A stretch of DNA of 60,594 nt, the filler included. It is 5 parts of 5 records of this genome, joined end to end, with 100 filler letters (N's around TTAATTAATTAA, not from the genome) between each part and the next. Parts side by side here need not be neighbours in the genome. Positions count along the whole stretch, not along the records: positions 28,546 to 34,128 come from DRR723986_571; positions 34,229 to 54,165 come from DRR723986_572; 3 more parts are not named here. One strand, given 5' to 3'. A program made the position numbers and the translations under genes. Under the pieces are notes generated by a model. That model saw nothing but the letters and a program-made list of their open reading frames with translations, did not search any database and had not been told where the DNA came from. Shown one piece after another: positions 29,104 through 41,606 of this stretch (the stretch's first letter is position 1; the number at the start of each line of letters is the position of its first letter).

Positions 29104-30630
29104 TTATATGTGCGATAACCCAAATCCATCGAACAGACAATTCCGCCCGCCCGCCTTCGCTTCGTAAAGACGATGATCTGCGATGGCAATCAATGCCTCC
29201 GGAGTCGCAGGCTGAGCTGTCAGTTCCGAAACACACACCGCGCCCGCGCTAACGGTAATTCGTAGCAATTGTCCGTCACACTCAAATTGTTCCTCCCGCA
29301 CGGATTGAAAAATCCGGCCAATCAGCGGGACAACATCCTGTTGGTTAACTCCCGAAAAAACCACAATAAATTCTTCGCCACCATAGCGCGACACAACGTC
29401 TGTAGTCCGGCTGTATTGCGTCAATAGTAACGAAAACCGCTTTAAAATCTTGTCGCCAACAAGATGTCCAAATCCATCATTTATGCGATTGAAGTGGTCA
29501 ATATCAAATATGGCTACACAAAATTTTTCGCCATAACGATTACAGGCCGCCAACATTTCTTCCATGCGCGGTAGCAGGTATCGCCTGTTGTATAGACCTG
29601 TAAGTGGGTCACGAATTGAACGGCTGACCAGATCCTCTTCCAATCGATTTCTCTCCAAAGCTCCGGAAAGCAGGCCAGATACGATAATCATCAGATCAGA
29701 CTGATCTCGGCGCCAAGGTCTTAAACTGAGTGAATCAACTCCAAAGAATCCCATGACTTTACCTCGCACAAGAATTGGGGCACAAATCATGGACTTCACA
29801 CCCTGAGACTGAAGAAGCAATTTCTCTTCAGTCGCATCAACCGGAAGTGCGTTTACGTCTTCAACAAAAACCACTTTATCCTGGTCAATCATTCGATGGA
29901 TCTGACCCTGCCACCAGGTAAAGCCTGAGATATCGACCTCTTGTTGTTCAGCCATCAAAGACGGCACTCCAGCCCTGGTCCACTCATGCGTGTTGGTCAT
30001 TTGGGCGTAATCTTTGGAAAAGGCATATACATAGGCTCGATCAACCTCAAAGAAACGTCCTATAGCTTTTAAAAGATCGTCAATGCACTCATCAATCGTG
30101 CCAAAGCCCAAATGAATAAAATGCGCAGACAAGGCTGCGATCATTTTCTGGAATCGCGCCTGATATGAGGCCTCTTCTTCACTCATTCTGAGACTGCGTT
30201 CAAGCGCTTTGTAGTGCTCTATATTGATAAATTGCCCGTACCAGATAGTGCTTCCATCCGGCTGTTCTTCTGGCATGGAAGTGGCTTCGTACCACTGAAC
30301 TTCTCCGTCTTTTCCCCTGACTCTGGCCCGGTAACACCAAGGCGACATGGTATTCGCAGACAGCAAAATCGATTCTCTAATACCATCGAGATCGTCCGGT
30401 GCAATTAATGCAAACATTGGATCCGCATCGCCGTGTAAACGAACCGGTTCAATGCCGAACACGTCTCGGACCCGATCACTAATATAGGGAAAAGCGTGGT
30501 GGCGCCGGTCGGCACTCAATTGGTAGGTGAACAGAATGCCGGGAACACTTGATGCCAGTTTTCGGAAAAAACTCTCCGAGAGTGCTTGCATCTCCGTCTG
30601 AGCAGGCGCTGACTTCGGTGTTCCCTTCAT
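29104..30630 (-). CDS. PAS-GAF sensor diguanylate cyclase
   Basis: 508 aa. PAS (PYISD...), GAF (THEW...), DPLTGLYNRR, RTTD I-site five residues before GGEEF. Confidence 0.93.
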   Translation of the reverse strand: MKGTPKSAPAQTEMQALSESFFRKLASSVPGILFTYQLSADRRHHAFPYISDRVRDVFGIEPVRLHGDADPMFALIAPDDLDGIRESILLSANTMSPWCYRARVRGKDGEVQWYEATSMPEEQPDGSTIWYGQFINIEHYKALERSLRMSEEEASYQARFQKMIAALSAHFIHLGFGTIDECIDDLLKAIGRFFEVDRAYVYAFSKDYAQMTNTHEWTRAGVPSLMAEQQEVDISGFTWWQGQIHRMIDQDKVVFVEDVNALPVDATEEKLLLQSQGVKSMICAPILVRGKVMGFFGVDSLSLRPWRRDQSDLMIIVSGLLSGALERNRLEEDLVSRSIRDPLTGLYNRRYLLPRMEEMLAACNRYGEKFCVAIFDIDHFNRINDGFGHLVGDKILKRFSLLLTQYSRTTDVVSRYGGEEFIVVFSGVNQQDVVPLIGRIFQSVREEQFECDGQLLRITVSAGAVCVSELTAQPATPEALIAIADHRLYEAKAGGRNCLFDGFGLSHI

Positions 30631-30694
30631 TGTTTGGGTTCCTCATAACCTCACATAAAAAGTGTAGTGCAAGGCTATAGTACCCGCGAGTTCT

Positions 30695-31318
30695 CTAATT
30701 CAAATCCTCAAGGAGTAACTCGGCTTCTGCCCGACGACCGGCATCGGCAACCTCACGACCAGGTCTCGACGGGGCTGCCAACACTTTTTCAAGATAGACC
30801 CGTGCCCGTTGAGGCTCGTCCTGCTCCGCCAGAAAATCTCCAAAGAAGTAATTGGCATCAATACCTTCCGGGTTGATTGCCAGCGATTTCTGCAGGTACT
30901 TCCGGGCCATCTCATCATCCCCGAACCCCAACGGCCAGCCCGGCACCTGATAATACAGGCTACCCAGTGAGGTATAGGCTGAGCCATCCAGCGCCTCCGG
31001 AGCGATCTTCAGGGCCGCTTCCAGGGAGGCCCGGGCCTCTTTCACCAGTCCCAGCGCACCCAGGCCGCCTTTTGCGCCGGCGTAGGTGCTGAGCACAATA
31101 CCCTGCCAGATCAGCGGTTCGGCACAGCCCGGATAATCAGCGACAAAGGTCTCGACCTCTTTGGCCAGTGACTCAAATGCCTTTTCCTTATCATCGTCTG
31201 GCAACTGATACTGGATCTGCGCCCAGCGTTGCTGGATTTGGGCCAGTTCCGCCTGCATGTCCTGAGCCCACAGAGGCATGGCCATGACCCCCGCCAACAC
31301 CATTACGATCCACTTCAT
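30695..31318 (-). CDS. Secreted tetratricopeptide-repeat protein
   Basis: 207 aa. Signal peptide; LGSLYYQVPGWPLGFGD, INPEGIDANYFFG; ATGA overlap with the SDR gene. Confidence 0.88.
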   Translation of the reverse strand: MKWIVMVLAGVMAMPLWAQDMQAELAQIQQRWAQIQYQLPDDDKEKAFESLAKEVETFVADYPGCAEPLIWQGIVLSTYAGAKGGLGALGLVKEARASLEAALKIAPEALDGSAYTSLGSLYYQVPGWPLGFGDDEMARKYLQKSLAINPEGIDANYFFGDFLAEQDEPQRARVYLEKVLAAPSRPGREVADAGRRAEAELLLEDLN

Positions 31319-32097
31319 GACACCACTCCTGAATCCAGAAAGCGCCGGATCACCGGCAGTTGTTTTAACATGGCTTTATCCACAAGCTTCGGCAGGATGC
31401 CGTTGATCACCACAAACAGTTTTTCCGGCCAGCCGAGAAAACGTCGGCGTTCATCTTTTTCCATCGCCTGAAGAATCTGAGCTGCGACAGCTTCCGGTGC
31501 GTCCATGGCATTGCCCAGGGCACGGTTCAGCTCGTTCACCGGCGCCGGGTTCATAGCCGTGGCCGTGGCTCTGGGCGCTACGTACACCACCTGCACCGGG
31601 GTGTCCGCCAGCTCCCGGCGCAGGGCTTCGCTGAATCCGCGCAGGCCGAACTTGCTGGCGCAATAGGCGGTGTAGCCGGGAAACCCGATGCTGCCGAAGG
31701 TGGACCCCACCAACACCAGGGCGCCCACGCCGGCTTTACGGAAACGAGGCATAAAATGCCGGGCCACCAGCATAGCGGAACGCAGATTGACCATAAGCTG
31801 TGCATCCAGGTCGCGGACGGCCATGGCATCCAGCGCCGCAAACCGGTTCTGGCCGGCGCAATGAATTACACCATCAATATCGGGATACACCTCACTCAAC
31901 TGTTGAAGCTGTCGATCCAGCTCCGGGCTGGCCAGCTCCAGGTGTACCGGAGAAACACCGGCGCGCTTTTCCAGCCGCTCCGGATGCCGGGTCGCAACGA
32001 TCACCCGGGCACCGCATTCCACCAGCGGCCCGATCAGGGCCTGGCCAATGCCACCGGTACCACCCAGCAGCAGGAAGGTACGGTCATGCAGCCTCAT
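31315..32097 (-). CDS. Short-chain dehydrogenase/reductase
   Basis: Likely start MRLHD at 32097; GGTGGIG, GSTFG, catalytic YCASK. Confidence 0.93.
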   Translation of the reverse strand: MRLHDRTFLLLGGTGGIGQALIGPLVECGARVIVATRHPERLEKRAGVSPVHLELASPELDRQLQQLSEVYPDIDGVIHCAGQNRFAALDAMAVRDLDAQLMVNLRSAMLVARHFMPRFRKAGVGALVLVGSTFGSIGFPGYTAYCASKFGLRGFSEALRRELADTPVQVVYVAPRATATAMNPAPVNELNRALGNAMDAPEAVAAQILQAMEKDERRRFLGWPEKLFVVINGILPKLVDKAMLKQLPVIRRFLDSGVVS

Positions 32098-34128
32098 GAC
32101 GTTGCTCCTTGCCATGGGCCCGCAGCGGAATACTGTGAAGCATATCGCCGTACAGGCGATACACCATGCGCGCGGCCTCGATGATGGCCTGCTGGTCCTC
32201 CGGATCGGTGATGTCGTTCATCAGGTTGCGGAAGAACTCAAAGTGGTCCTGATCCAGGGCGCCGTGAGAGTACAGATAACTGAACGCCTGATTGGGCAGG
32301 CCCAGCTGTTTCTGGATGGCTTCACCCAGGGGCGTGGCCAGCTCAATGGAGGTGCCCTCCAGCACCTGAACCATGCCAAAAAAAGCCGCCGGGTTACCCC
32401 GCTGGATGCGGTCATACAGGTAGGCCACCATCAACTCGATGGAGGTATCGAGCTGGCCATGACGAATGGCTTCCTTGTCTTCACCGCAGGCTTCAAGGTC
32501 GTTGAGAATCCACTCGTGGTGGCCGTATTCTTCCTCGATGTATTCCACCAGTGCCTTGCGCACGAATTCCAGCCGTTCGGGCAGCCGGCCACCACAGGCC
32601 ATCATCAGTGGCACGGTGTGCTTCACGTGGTGATAGGCCTGGGTCAGGAACCAGGTGTAACCCTCAAGATCAAAGCGACCCTCGCGGATAGCCTGAATCA
32701 CCGGGGCTCCGGTGACATGGGCCCGGGCCTGTTCAGTTTCGGATTGCAGTCGGTCAAAAAATGCCATGTTGGAGTCTCCTGGCGTTGGCTGTCGGATAGA
32801 AGTGCCCGCAGGCACTGAGAGATTCATGAATAAGGGAAAGGATTCGGCCATGAGCCTGGGCAGGTCCGCCTGAATCTGGTGCCGCACCGGGCGACCGTTG
32901 GCCGTGATGTGACCCTCGGCCTGGGTCAGCCGTTGCCGGCGCAGGTACACAGCCTGCAGGCGGGCATAATCCGGCAAACCGGCATTCAGCAACGTCAGGG
33001 CCGCACGCACATCATCAGGGCTTCGATTATCGGTGATCACCACCAAAGCACCGGGTTGTGGCTCACCATCGCCAAATACCACGGCCTGAGTGGCCCCCAA
33101 TGCCTGGACCAGTTCACTTTCCAGCCATTCCGGGCTGATGTTCCGGCCAAAGCTGGTGATCAACAGGTTCTTTGCCCGACCGTTGATAGCCAGAAAGCCC
33201 TCGGCGTCCTGGTCGCCCAGATCTCCGGTATCCAGCCAGTCATCGGCTTGCGGCTCATCACCGAGATACCCCAGATGGGTATTGCCCCGAACCAGAATCC
33301 GGTGTTCGTTATCCACCTTTACCTGCACATGCCCCAGGGGCCGGCCCACCGAGCCTTCTCGCTCGGCTCCGGGCACGTTCAGCGCCACCACCGAGCCACA
33401 TTCAGACAAACCGTAGCCCTCGTACAGAGGCAATCCAATCGACCGCCCCCGGGCCAACAGGTCCGGCGATACCCGGCCGCCGCCGACCGCCAGGAAGCGA
33501 AATGACTCCGTTGTCAGCAATCCCTGCTCACCGGCATTGACCAGCGCCATCGCCAGCTCAGGCACCAGAATCACAGAATGGGGTTGATGCCGATTCAGGC
33601 CGGCCACCAGCTGGCCGAGATCGAGGCCACTGCTGCCGGTCATGCCCAGGGTCTGCAACGGGGCAACCGTCACCGTGGCGCCCATCAGCAGGGGCAGGTA
33701 AACCCCGGCAATGTTCTCCAGCAGGGTTGCCAGCGGCAGAATGCACAGGTGTTGCTCCAGCTCCACATCTTCCAGCCGCTGCTGCAGCGCACCGGCGGTC
33801 GCCGCCAGCTGCTGCGCCGACAGGCACACGCCCTTGGGGGTACCAGTACTGCCGGAGGTGAAGGTAATCTTGGCGGTGTGTTCCGGCATCCAGGAGGCAG
33901 CAGGGGACACCGGCAAATGTCTCAGCCAGACGCCATGACCGATCATTTCCGCCTGTTCTGCTTCGCCACTGAATACCAGGGCATCCAGCCCGGCCCGCTG
34001 AATCAGGTGCTCGGTCTGGCTTCTGGAAAAAAACACCGGCACCGGTACACACACCACGTCCGCCATCAGACAAGCCAGGTCCGCAACCACCCAGGCCGGG
34101 GTGTTGTCGCCACACAGGCCTATGCGTT
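32084..34128 (-). CDS. AMP-binding (acyl-CoA ligase-like) enzyme in frame with a C-terminal heme-oxygenase-like diiron (TenA/CADD-like) domain; 5' end cut by contig edge
   Basis: FTSGSTGTPKG, YEGYGLSE, DTGD and GRAKN, with no stop before MAFFDRLQ...EYIEEEYGH...LEG...HGALDQDH. Confidence 0.88.
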
Positions 34129-34228
34129 NNNNNNNNNNNNNNNNNNNNNNNNNNNNNNNNNNNNNNNNNNNNTTAATTAATTAANNNNNNNNNNNNNNNN
34201 NNNNNNNNNNNNNNNNNNNNNNNNNNNN
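34129..34228. other. Artificial contig spacer
   Basis: N44-TTAATTAATTAA-N44. Confidence 0.99.
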
Positions 34229-34230
34229 GG

Positions 34231-36627
<2,397 letters not shown>

Positions 36628-36671
36628 CTGCCACTTACTCTTTGATTACCAATAAATTCGCGGAGAAAGCC

Positions 36672-37634
36672 ATGGCGCTCAAAATGCTACAGGTAACGGC
36701 CCCGCTCGCTGCTGAGCAGAGCATTCTCAAGCTTTCTGAGGCAGAGGGCGTGATTTCGTTTCACAAAGACTGCGATACGGACGATGACCATGCTGTCTAC
36801 AGCTTGCTGGCAGACTCTGCGCATCGCCAGAAATTAGTGGATCAGCTGCAAGGCCTGGCGAAAATGTCTTCGCGGTTTAGAATCAATATTTTTACTGTGG
36901 ATACAACTATCCCGGATGCCGGTACAAGTTCAGCGCCTGATACAAGGGAAGAGTTGAAAGCAAAAATGAATCAGGGTGCGCAGCTGGATTTTAACTATTT
37001 TCTGCTCACATTTCTATCGACGCTTGTGGCGCTTATTGGCCTGCTACAAGACAATATTGCAGTTGTAATTGGTGCTATGGTCATCGCCCCCTTTCTAGGG
37101 CCAAATCTTGCTTTTGCCTTTGCAACGTCGCTGGGTGACCGCACCCTTATGATAAACGCTTTTAAAACCGGTATAGCTGGTGTGGGCTTTGCCGTTCTGA
37201 TTAGCTTCTTATACGGCTACCTGGATGATGGTGTGCCTATCAGCGAAGAGCTTATGTCGCGAACATCGATTGGTTTAGACGGGGTAACACTAGCGGTTGC
37301 ATCAGGTGTTGCAGGTGTTTTGTCTTTAACGTCTGGCCTTTCAATGACCCTTGTAGGGGTTATGGTTGCAGTGGCAATATTGCCGCCTGCAGCAACCTTT
37401 GGCTATATGGCCGGTGCAGGTGAACTAAAGCTTGCTTACGGCGCTTTTCTTATGTTTTCGGTAAATATTGTATGCGTTAATCTATCAGGTTTGATGGTGT
37501 TTTTGGCGAAGGGCATCAAGCCAAGGCTGTGGTTCGAACGCCGGATGACAAAACCATTTGTCATGGGGGGTATTGCCGTTTGGTCAGTTCTATTGGCTGT
37601 GTTGATTGCCGCGATTAAATACCCTTTGTTTTAG
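36672..37634 (+). CDS. TIGR00341/DUF389 family membrane protein
   Basis: Start MALK at 36672 after GGAG; AVVIGAMVIAPFLGP, GVMVAVAILPP. Confidence 0.88.
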   Translation: MALKMLQVTAPLAAEQSILKLSEAEGVISFHKDCDTDDDHAVYSLLADSAHRQKLVDQLQGLAKMSSRFRINIFTVDTTIPDAGTSSAPDTREELKAKMNQGAQLDFNYFLLTFLSTLVALIGLLQDNIAVVIGAMVIAPFLGPNLAFAFATSLGDRTLMINAFKTGIAGVGFAVLISFLYGYLDDGVPISEELMSRTSIGLDGVTLAVASGVAGVLSLTSGLSMTLVGVMVAVAILPPAATFGYMAGAGELKLAYGAFLMFSVNIVCVNLSGLMVFLAKGIKPRLWFERRMTKPFVMGGIAVWSVLLAVLIAAIKYPLF

Positions 37635-37685
37635 TCACAAACAATTGATGTGCGGTGATGCGTATTTGAAGTATCTATAATAACC

Positions 37686-37708
37686 AGCTATGCATTTTTT
37701 GCATAGCT
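37686..37708. promoter_or_regulatory. Palindromic operator with LysR-type T-N11-A core
   Basis: AGCTATGC-ATTTTTT-GCATAGCT, about 120 bp upstream of the ORF at 37830. Confidence 0.6.
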
Positions 37709-37829
37709 AGTGCGCCATAAATAACTCTACTTATTGCTAAACTATCACCCTATATACCCGTCGTCAGCGCAATAGCGATGAACTCTGTTTTCAGAGATAA
37801 TAATGTAGCGAGTATTTAGGAGCCAGGCC

Positions 37830-38078
37830 ATGGCACGCAAACACGAAGAAACTCAAGTAATTACAGAAAACTCATTCATGGGTCTTTTGGCTAGTAAAGG
37901 TCAAATCCCCGGCGTTGAAGGCGCAGCAATTTTCCCAGAGCTGACCCGTACACACCGCTTGTTTGAAGTTGTAGGCGAAAAAGAGCAGAAGCCTGCTTTT
38001 TCATTTCGCATTGTTCGCCCAGCAAGCTGGGGCATGAATACAAGCAATCGCACAGGCGGTGGTGCTTTCGCCCACTAA
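37830..38078 (+). CDS. Small hypothetical protein
   Basis: 82 aa. AGGAG RBS, upstream operator and downstream terminator define a monocistronic unit. Confidence 0.7.
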   Translation: MARKHEETQVITENSFMGLLASKGQIPGVEGAAIFPELTRTHRLFEVVGEKEQKPAFSFRIVRPASWGMNTSNRTGGGAFAH

Positions 38079-38118
38079 GTCATGTGCTTGATACTGGTTA
38101 CGGCCAGTATTCAATGAT

Positions 38119-38151
38119 AAGAGCCTGCAGACAATCGCTGTGGGCTTTTTT
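38119..38151 (+). terminator. Intrinsic terminator, possibly bidirectional
   Basis: AAGAGCCTGCAG-ACAATCG-CTGTGGGCTTTTTT. Confidence 0.75.
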
Positions 38152-38166
38152 CATGGCTTTCACGTA

Positions 38167-39096
38167 TTATTTAATGGCGTCATTTTTGCGCAGCTGCAGC
38201 GCCGCCCATTCACCATTAATGCACTCTGTTTCCAATGACATACCTTGCTGATGATAGGCGTCTAAAACATCTTGTTTTTGAGTGGTCAACAAGCCCGAAA
38301 GAATAAGATAACCATCCCCGGCAACGCTTTCGGCAATAGACTGTGCCATGCTGATTAAGGGGCCCGCCAGAATATTTGCAAAAACAACAGAGTATGGCTG
38401 TTCAGCACGCAGTTTAGGGTCATCAAGCCCGTCCGCAACGATTAAGGCAACTGCAGCTTGGCTCTCATGAATGCGGCGTATTGGCACGTGGTTGATGGCA
38501 CAATTTTCTTTTGAAACATCAATAGCAATCGGATCGATGTCTGTTGCTGTCACACGTGTTGAAGGCCAAATTTTTGCTGACGCTAACGCCAAAACTGCAG
38601 AGCCTGTTCCAATATCCAAAACTGAGGTTGGTGCTGTGATATTTGCAAGCTTATCTAACAGGGTTAAGCAGGCAGATGTTGTCTCATGTTTGCCGGTTCC
38701 AAAAGCTTGTCCGGCATCAATTTGCAGATTGATCAAATGAGCGTCGGCTTTATCTGCATCGTGACTGCCATAAACGAAAAAATGGCCTGCTCGAACGGGG
38801 CTTAAAAGCTTTTGGCTTTCCGACACCCAGTCCCTGTCCTCAATTGGCTCTATTGTATAAACCCAATTCGTTTGATCAATATGCTTGAGAAGGGCAGATA
38901 AGAAGTCAGGCTCTGGTTTATCAGTAAAATATATGTCAACGCGCCAAAGGTCTTTGCCCGGCTGTTCAAAACGAGACAAGGTTGGCGGAAATACGCCACT
39001 TATGTCGGCAAATTGTTCGAGGTCCTGTTCAAACTTCTCTGCCGCGGCGGGCGAAAGTTCGCCCGTTAAACGCCATCCTGAGGTGTTCACATTCAT
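38167..39096 (-). CDS. prmA: 50S ribosomal protein L11 methyltransferase
   Basis: 309 aa. AGQAFGTGKHETT, LDIGTGSAVL, ANILAGPL, ILSGLL. Confidence 0.95.
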   Translation of the reverse strand: MNVNTSGWRLTGELSPAAAEKFEQDLEQFADISGVFPPTLSRFEQPGKDLWRVDIYFTDKPEPDFLSALLKHIDQTNWVYTIEPIEDRDWVSESQKLLSPVRAGHFFVYGSHDADKADAHLINLQIDAGQAFGTGKHETTSACLTLLDKLANITAPTSVLDIGTGSAVLALASAKIWPSTRVTATDIDPIAIDVSKENCAINHVPIRRIHESQAAVALIVADGLDDPKLRAEQPYSVVFANILAGPLISMAQSIAESVAGDGYLILSGLLTTQKQDVLDAYHQQGMSLETECINGEWAALQLRKNDAIK

Positions 39097-39104
39097 TCCT
39101 AAAT

Positions 39105-41510
39105 TTATGCTGGTTTTACGAAGCGGTCGACCACGCGCTTTGTTCCAGCTTTTTCAAAGGCGACTAATAACTTGTTTCCCTCAACATCTTCAACCATGCC
39201 ATAGCCAAATTTTTCATGGAAAACTCGTTCACCAACGGCAATGTCGCTTACGGTTTCAGCAGAAGACGTTGTTTTGCCCACGGGCTTCATGTCAATTGTC
39301 ACACCGCTTTTCTTCCGCGCAATACGGTCACCGTAGCTGCTAGACGCACTGGAAAACCCTCGTCCACCCCCTGGGCTGGATTTATTCTGCGCTCGCGCCC
39401 ATCCCGGTCCATATTTTTCGCCACTGGATGTGTAGTGCCCCGGGTCTGACCATTCATCAGATCCCCATCCACCGCGGTTAGGCCGGCCTCCATACAGGCC
39501 TTGGGCAGCCTCCATTTCAATATGGTCTTGTGGCAGGTCTTCTATGAAGCGGCTTGGCAAGCTTGACTGCCATTGGCCAAATATTTGGCGGTTTCCAGCA
39601 AAATACACATGCGCCTGTTTTTTTGCACGGGTGATGCCCACATAGGCAAGGCGGCGCTCTTCCTCTAGGCCTTTTGCGCCGGTTTCATCCAGCGCGCGCT
39701 GGTTGGGGAAAACACCTTCTTCCCAGCCGGGCAGGAATACATGGTCAAATTCAAGTCCCTTGGCTGCGTGCAAGGTCATGATTGACACCTTTTCTAAGCT
39801 GTCATCACCAACATTTTCCATAACCAGTGCGATATGTTCTAAAAAACCGGCCAAATTCTCAAATTCACCCATGCCTGAGATTAGCTCTTTCAGGTTTTCG
39901 AGCTTTCCGGGGGCCTCGGGGGATTTGTCATTTTGCCACATTTCCGTGTAGCCGGATTCGTCCAAAACCATTTCGGCTAAGTCAGTATGACTTTCGCTAT
40001 CCAATAAGGAACGCCAGCGATCAAAGTTGTTCAGCAATTCTGTGAGTGATTTTTTTGCCGCAGCCCTAAGTTCGTCAAGTTCCAACATTTGTCGTGCAGC
40101 GCGTGTCATAGATATGCCATGGCTGCGCGCAACATGGTGAATTTTTTGTATGGTTGTTTTACCCAAGCCGCGTTTAGGCACATTGATAATACGTTCGAAC
40201 TTCAGGTCATTATCTGGTTGTGCAATAACTTGCAGATATGCCATTGCGTCACGAATTTCTGCACGTTCATAAAACCGAGGGCCACCGACAACGCGGTAGG
40301 GCATGCCAAGTGTGATCATGCGCTCTTCAAATTCACGCGTTTGAAACCCGGCGCGTACCAAAACCGCTATTTCACTAAGCTTGCAGTCTTGCCGTTGCAA
40401 ATTCTCGATATCACCCCCGATCGAGCGCGCTTCTTCAGGTGCATCCCAGACACCTTTTACTTCAACTTTTTCGCCGTCGCCGCTGTCGGTCCAGAGGGTT
40501 TTGCCTAATCGGTCTTCATTGGCGGAAATAAGGGCTGATGCGGCAGCTAATATATGCCCCGTAGATCGGTAATTTTGCTCTAGCCGAACAGTTTTGGCAC
40601 CGGGGAAGTCGTCCGAGAAACGCAGAATGTTGCCTACTTCTGCACCGCGCCAGCCATAAATGCTTTGGTCATCATCACCAACACAACAAATGTTGCGGTG
40701 GGCCTGCGCTAAAAGCCGAAGCCAAAGATACTGCGCGACGTTGGTATCCTGATACTCATCAACCAAAATATAGCGAAATTGGTTATGATACTCTTTCAAT
40801 ACATCAGGGTGCGCTTGAAACAGCGTAATCACGTGTAATAGCAGGTCGCCAAAATCACAGGCATTAACAATTCGAAGCCGCTTCTGGTATTTTTCATACA
40901 GCTCGCCGCCCATGCCGTTGGCAAAGGCATAGCTCTCACCGTTGGGGACTTTGCCCGGCGTAAGCGCTCTGTTTTTCCAGCGGTCAATCAGGCCTGCAAG
41001 TGTGCGGGCAGGCCAGCGTTTGTCATCAATATTTTCGGCTTGAATCAACTGTTTCAACAGCCGTATTTGGTCGTCGGTGTCCAGAATGGAAAAGTTGGAC
41101 TTTAACCCAATTAATTCAGCGTGCTTTCTTAAGATTTTAACGCAAATGGAGTGGAAGGTACCAATCCACATGCCTTCAACCGGTCTGCCAATAACGCGGG
41201 CAACTCGGTTTTGCATTTCTTTTGCCGCTTTATTGGTGAAAGTTACTGCCAAAATATTCCACGGGGCGGCGCGTCCGGTAGCCATTAAATGCCCCAGTCG
41301 CGTTGTTAGAACGCGGGTTTTTCCTGTACCTGCACCTGCCAAGACCAATACAGGGCCATCTGTGGCCAACACGGCGTCTTTTTGTGGGCTGTTGAGCCCA
41401 TTCAAATAAGGCGGTTCGATATCATTCTGTGGGTCGTGCGTATGCGCCATCGCCGGGCTTTGCTCGGGCGTGGTCTCCAGGTCATCAAGGTCAAATGGGT
41501 CAGAACTCAT
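39105..41510 (-). CDS. uvrD: UvrD/PcrA superfamily 1 DNA helicase
   Basis: 801 aa. LAGAGTGKT, VDEYQDTN, VGDDDQSIYGWRGA, TLHAAKGLEF, EEERRLAYVGITRA; C-terminal RVFHEKFG domain. Confidence 0.96.
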   Translation of the reverse strand: MSSDPFDLDDLETTPEQSPAMAHTHDPQNDIEPPYLNGLNSPQKDAVLATDGPVLVLAGAGTGKTRVLTTRLGHLMATGRAAPWNILAVTFTNKAAKEMQNRVARVIGRPVEGMWIGTFHSICVKILRKHAELIGLKSNFSILDTDDQIRLLKQLIQAENIDDKRWPARTLAGLIDRWKNRALTPGKVPNGESYAFANGMGGELYEKYQKRLRIVNACDFGDLLLHVITLFQAHPDVLKEYHNQFRYILVDEYQDTNVAQYLWLRLLAQAHRNICCVGDDDQSIYGWRGAEVGNILRFSDDFPGAKTVRLEQNYRSTGHILAAASALISANEDRLGKTLWTDSGDGEKVEVKGVWDAPEEARSIGGDIENLQRQDCKLSEIAVLVRAGFQTREFEERMITLGMPYRVVGGPRFYERAEIRDAMAYLQVIAQPDNDLKFERIINVPKRGLGKTTIQKIHHVARSHGISMTRAARQMLELDELRAAAKKSLTELLNNFDRWRSLLDSESHTDLAEMVLDESGYTEMWQNDKSPEAPGKLENLKELISGMGEFENLAGFLEHIALVMENVGDDSLEKVSIMTLHAAKGLEFDHVFLPGWEEGVFPNQRALDETGAKGLEEERRLAYVGITRAKKQAHVYFAGNRQIFGQWQSSLPSRFIEDLPQDHIEMEAAQGLYGGRPNRGGWGSDEWSDPGHYTSSGEKYGPGWARAQNKSSPGGGRGFSSASSSYGDRIARKKSGVTIDMKPVGKTTSSAETVSDIAVGERVFHEKFGYGMVEDVEGNKLLVAFEKAGTKRVVDRFVKPA

Positions 41511-41606
41511 GATGGTTTCATACCACCCTTATCACTAATGGCAAACACAGGATTGGCTTTGGTGAGTAGCTATTTTAAATAGGCCACCTTTTGAAGGTTT
41601 TTAAGT

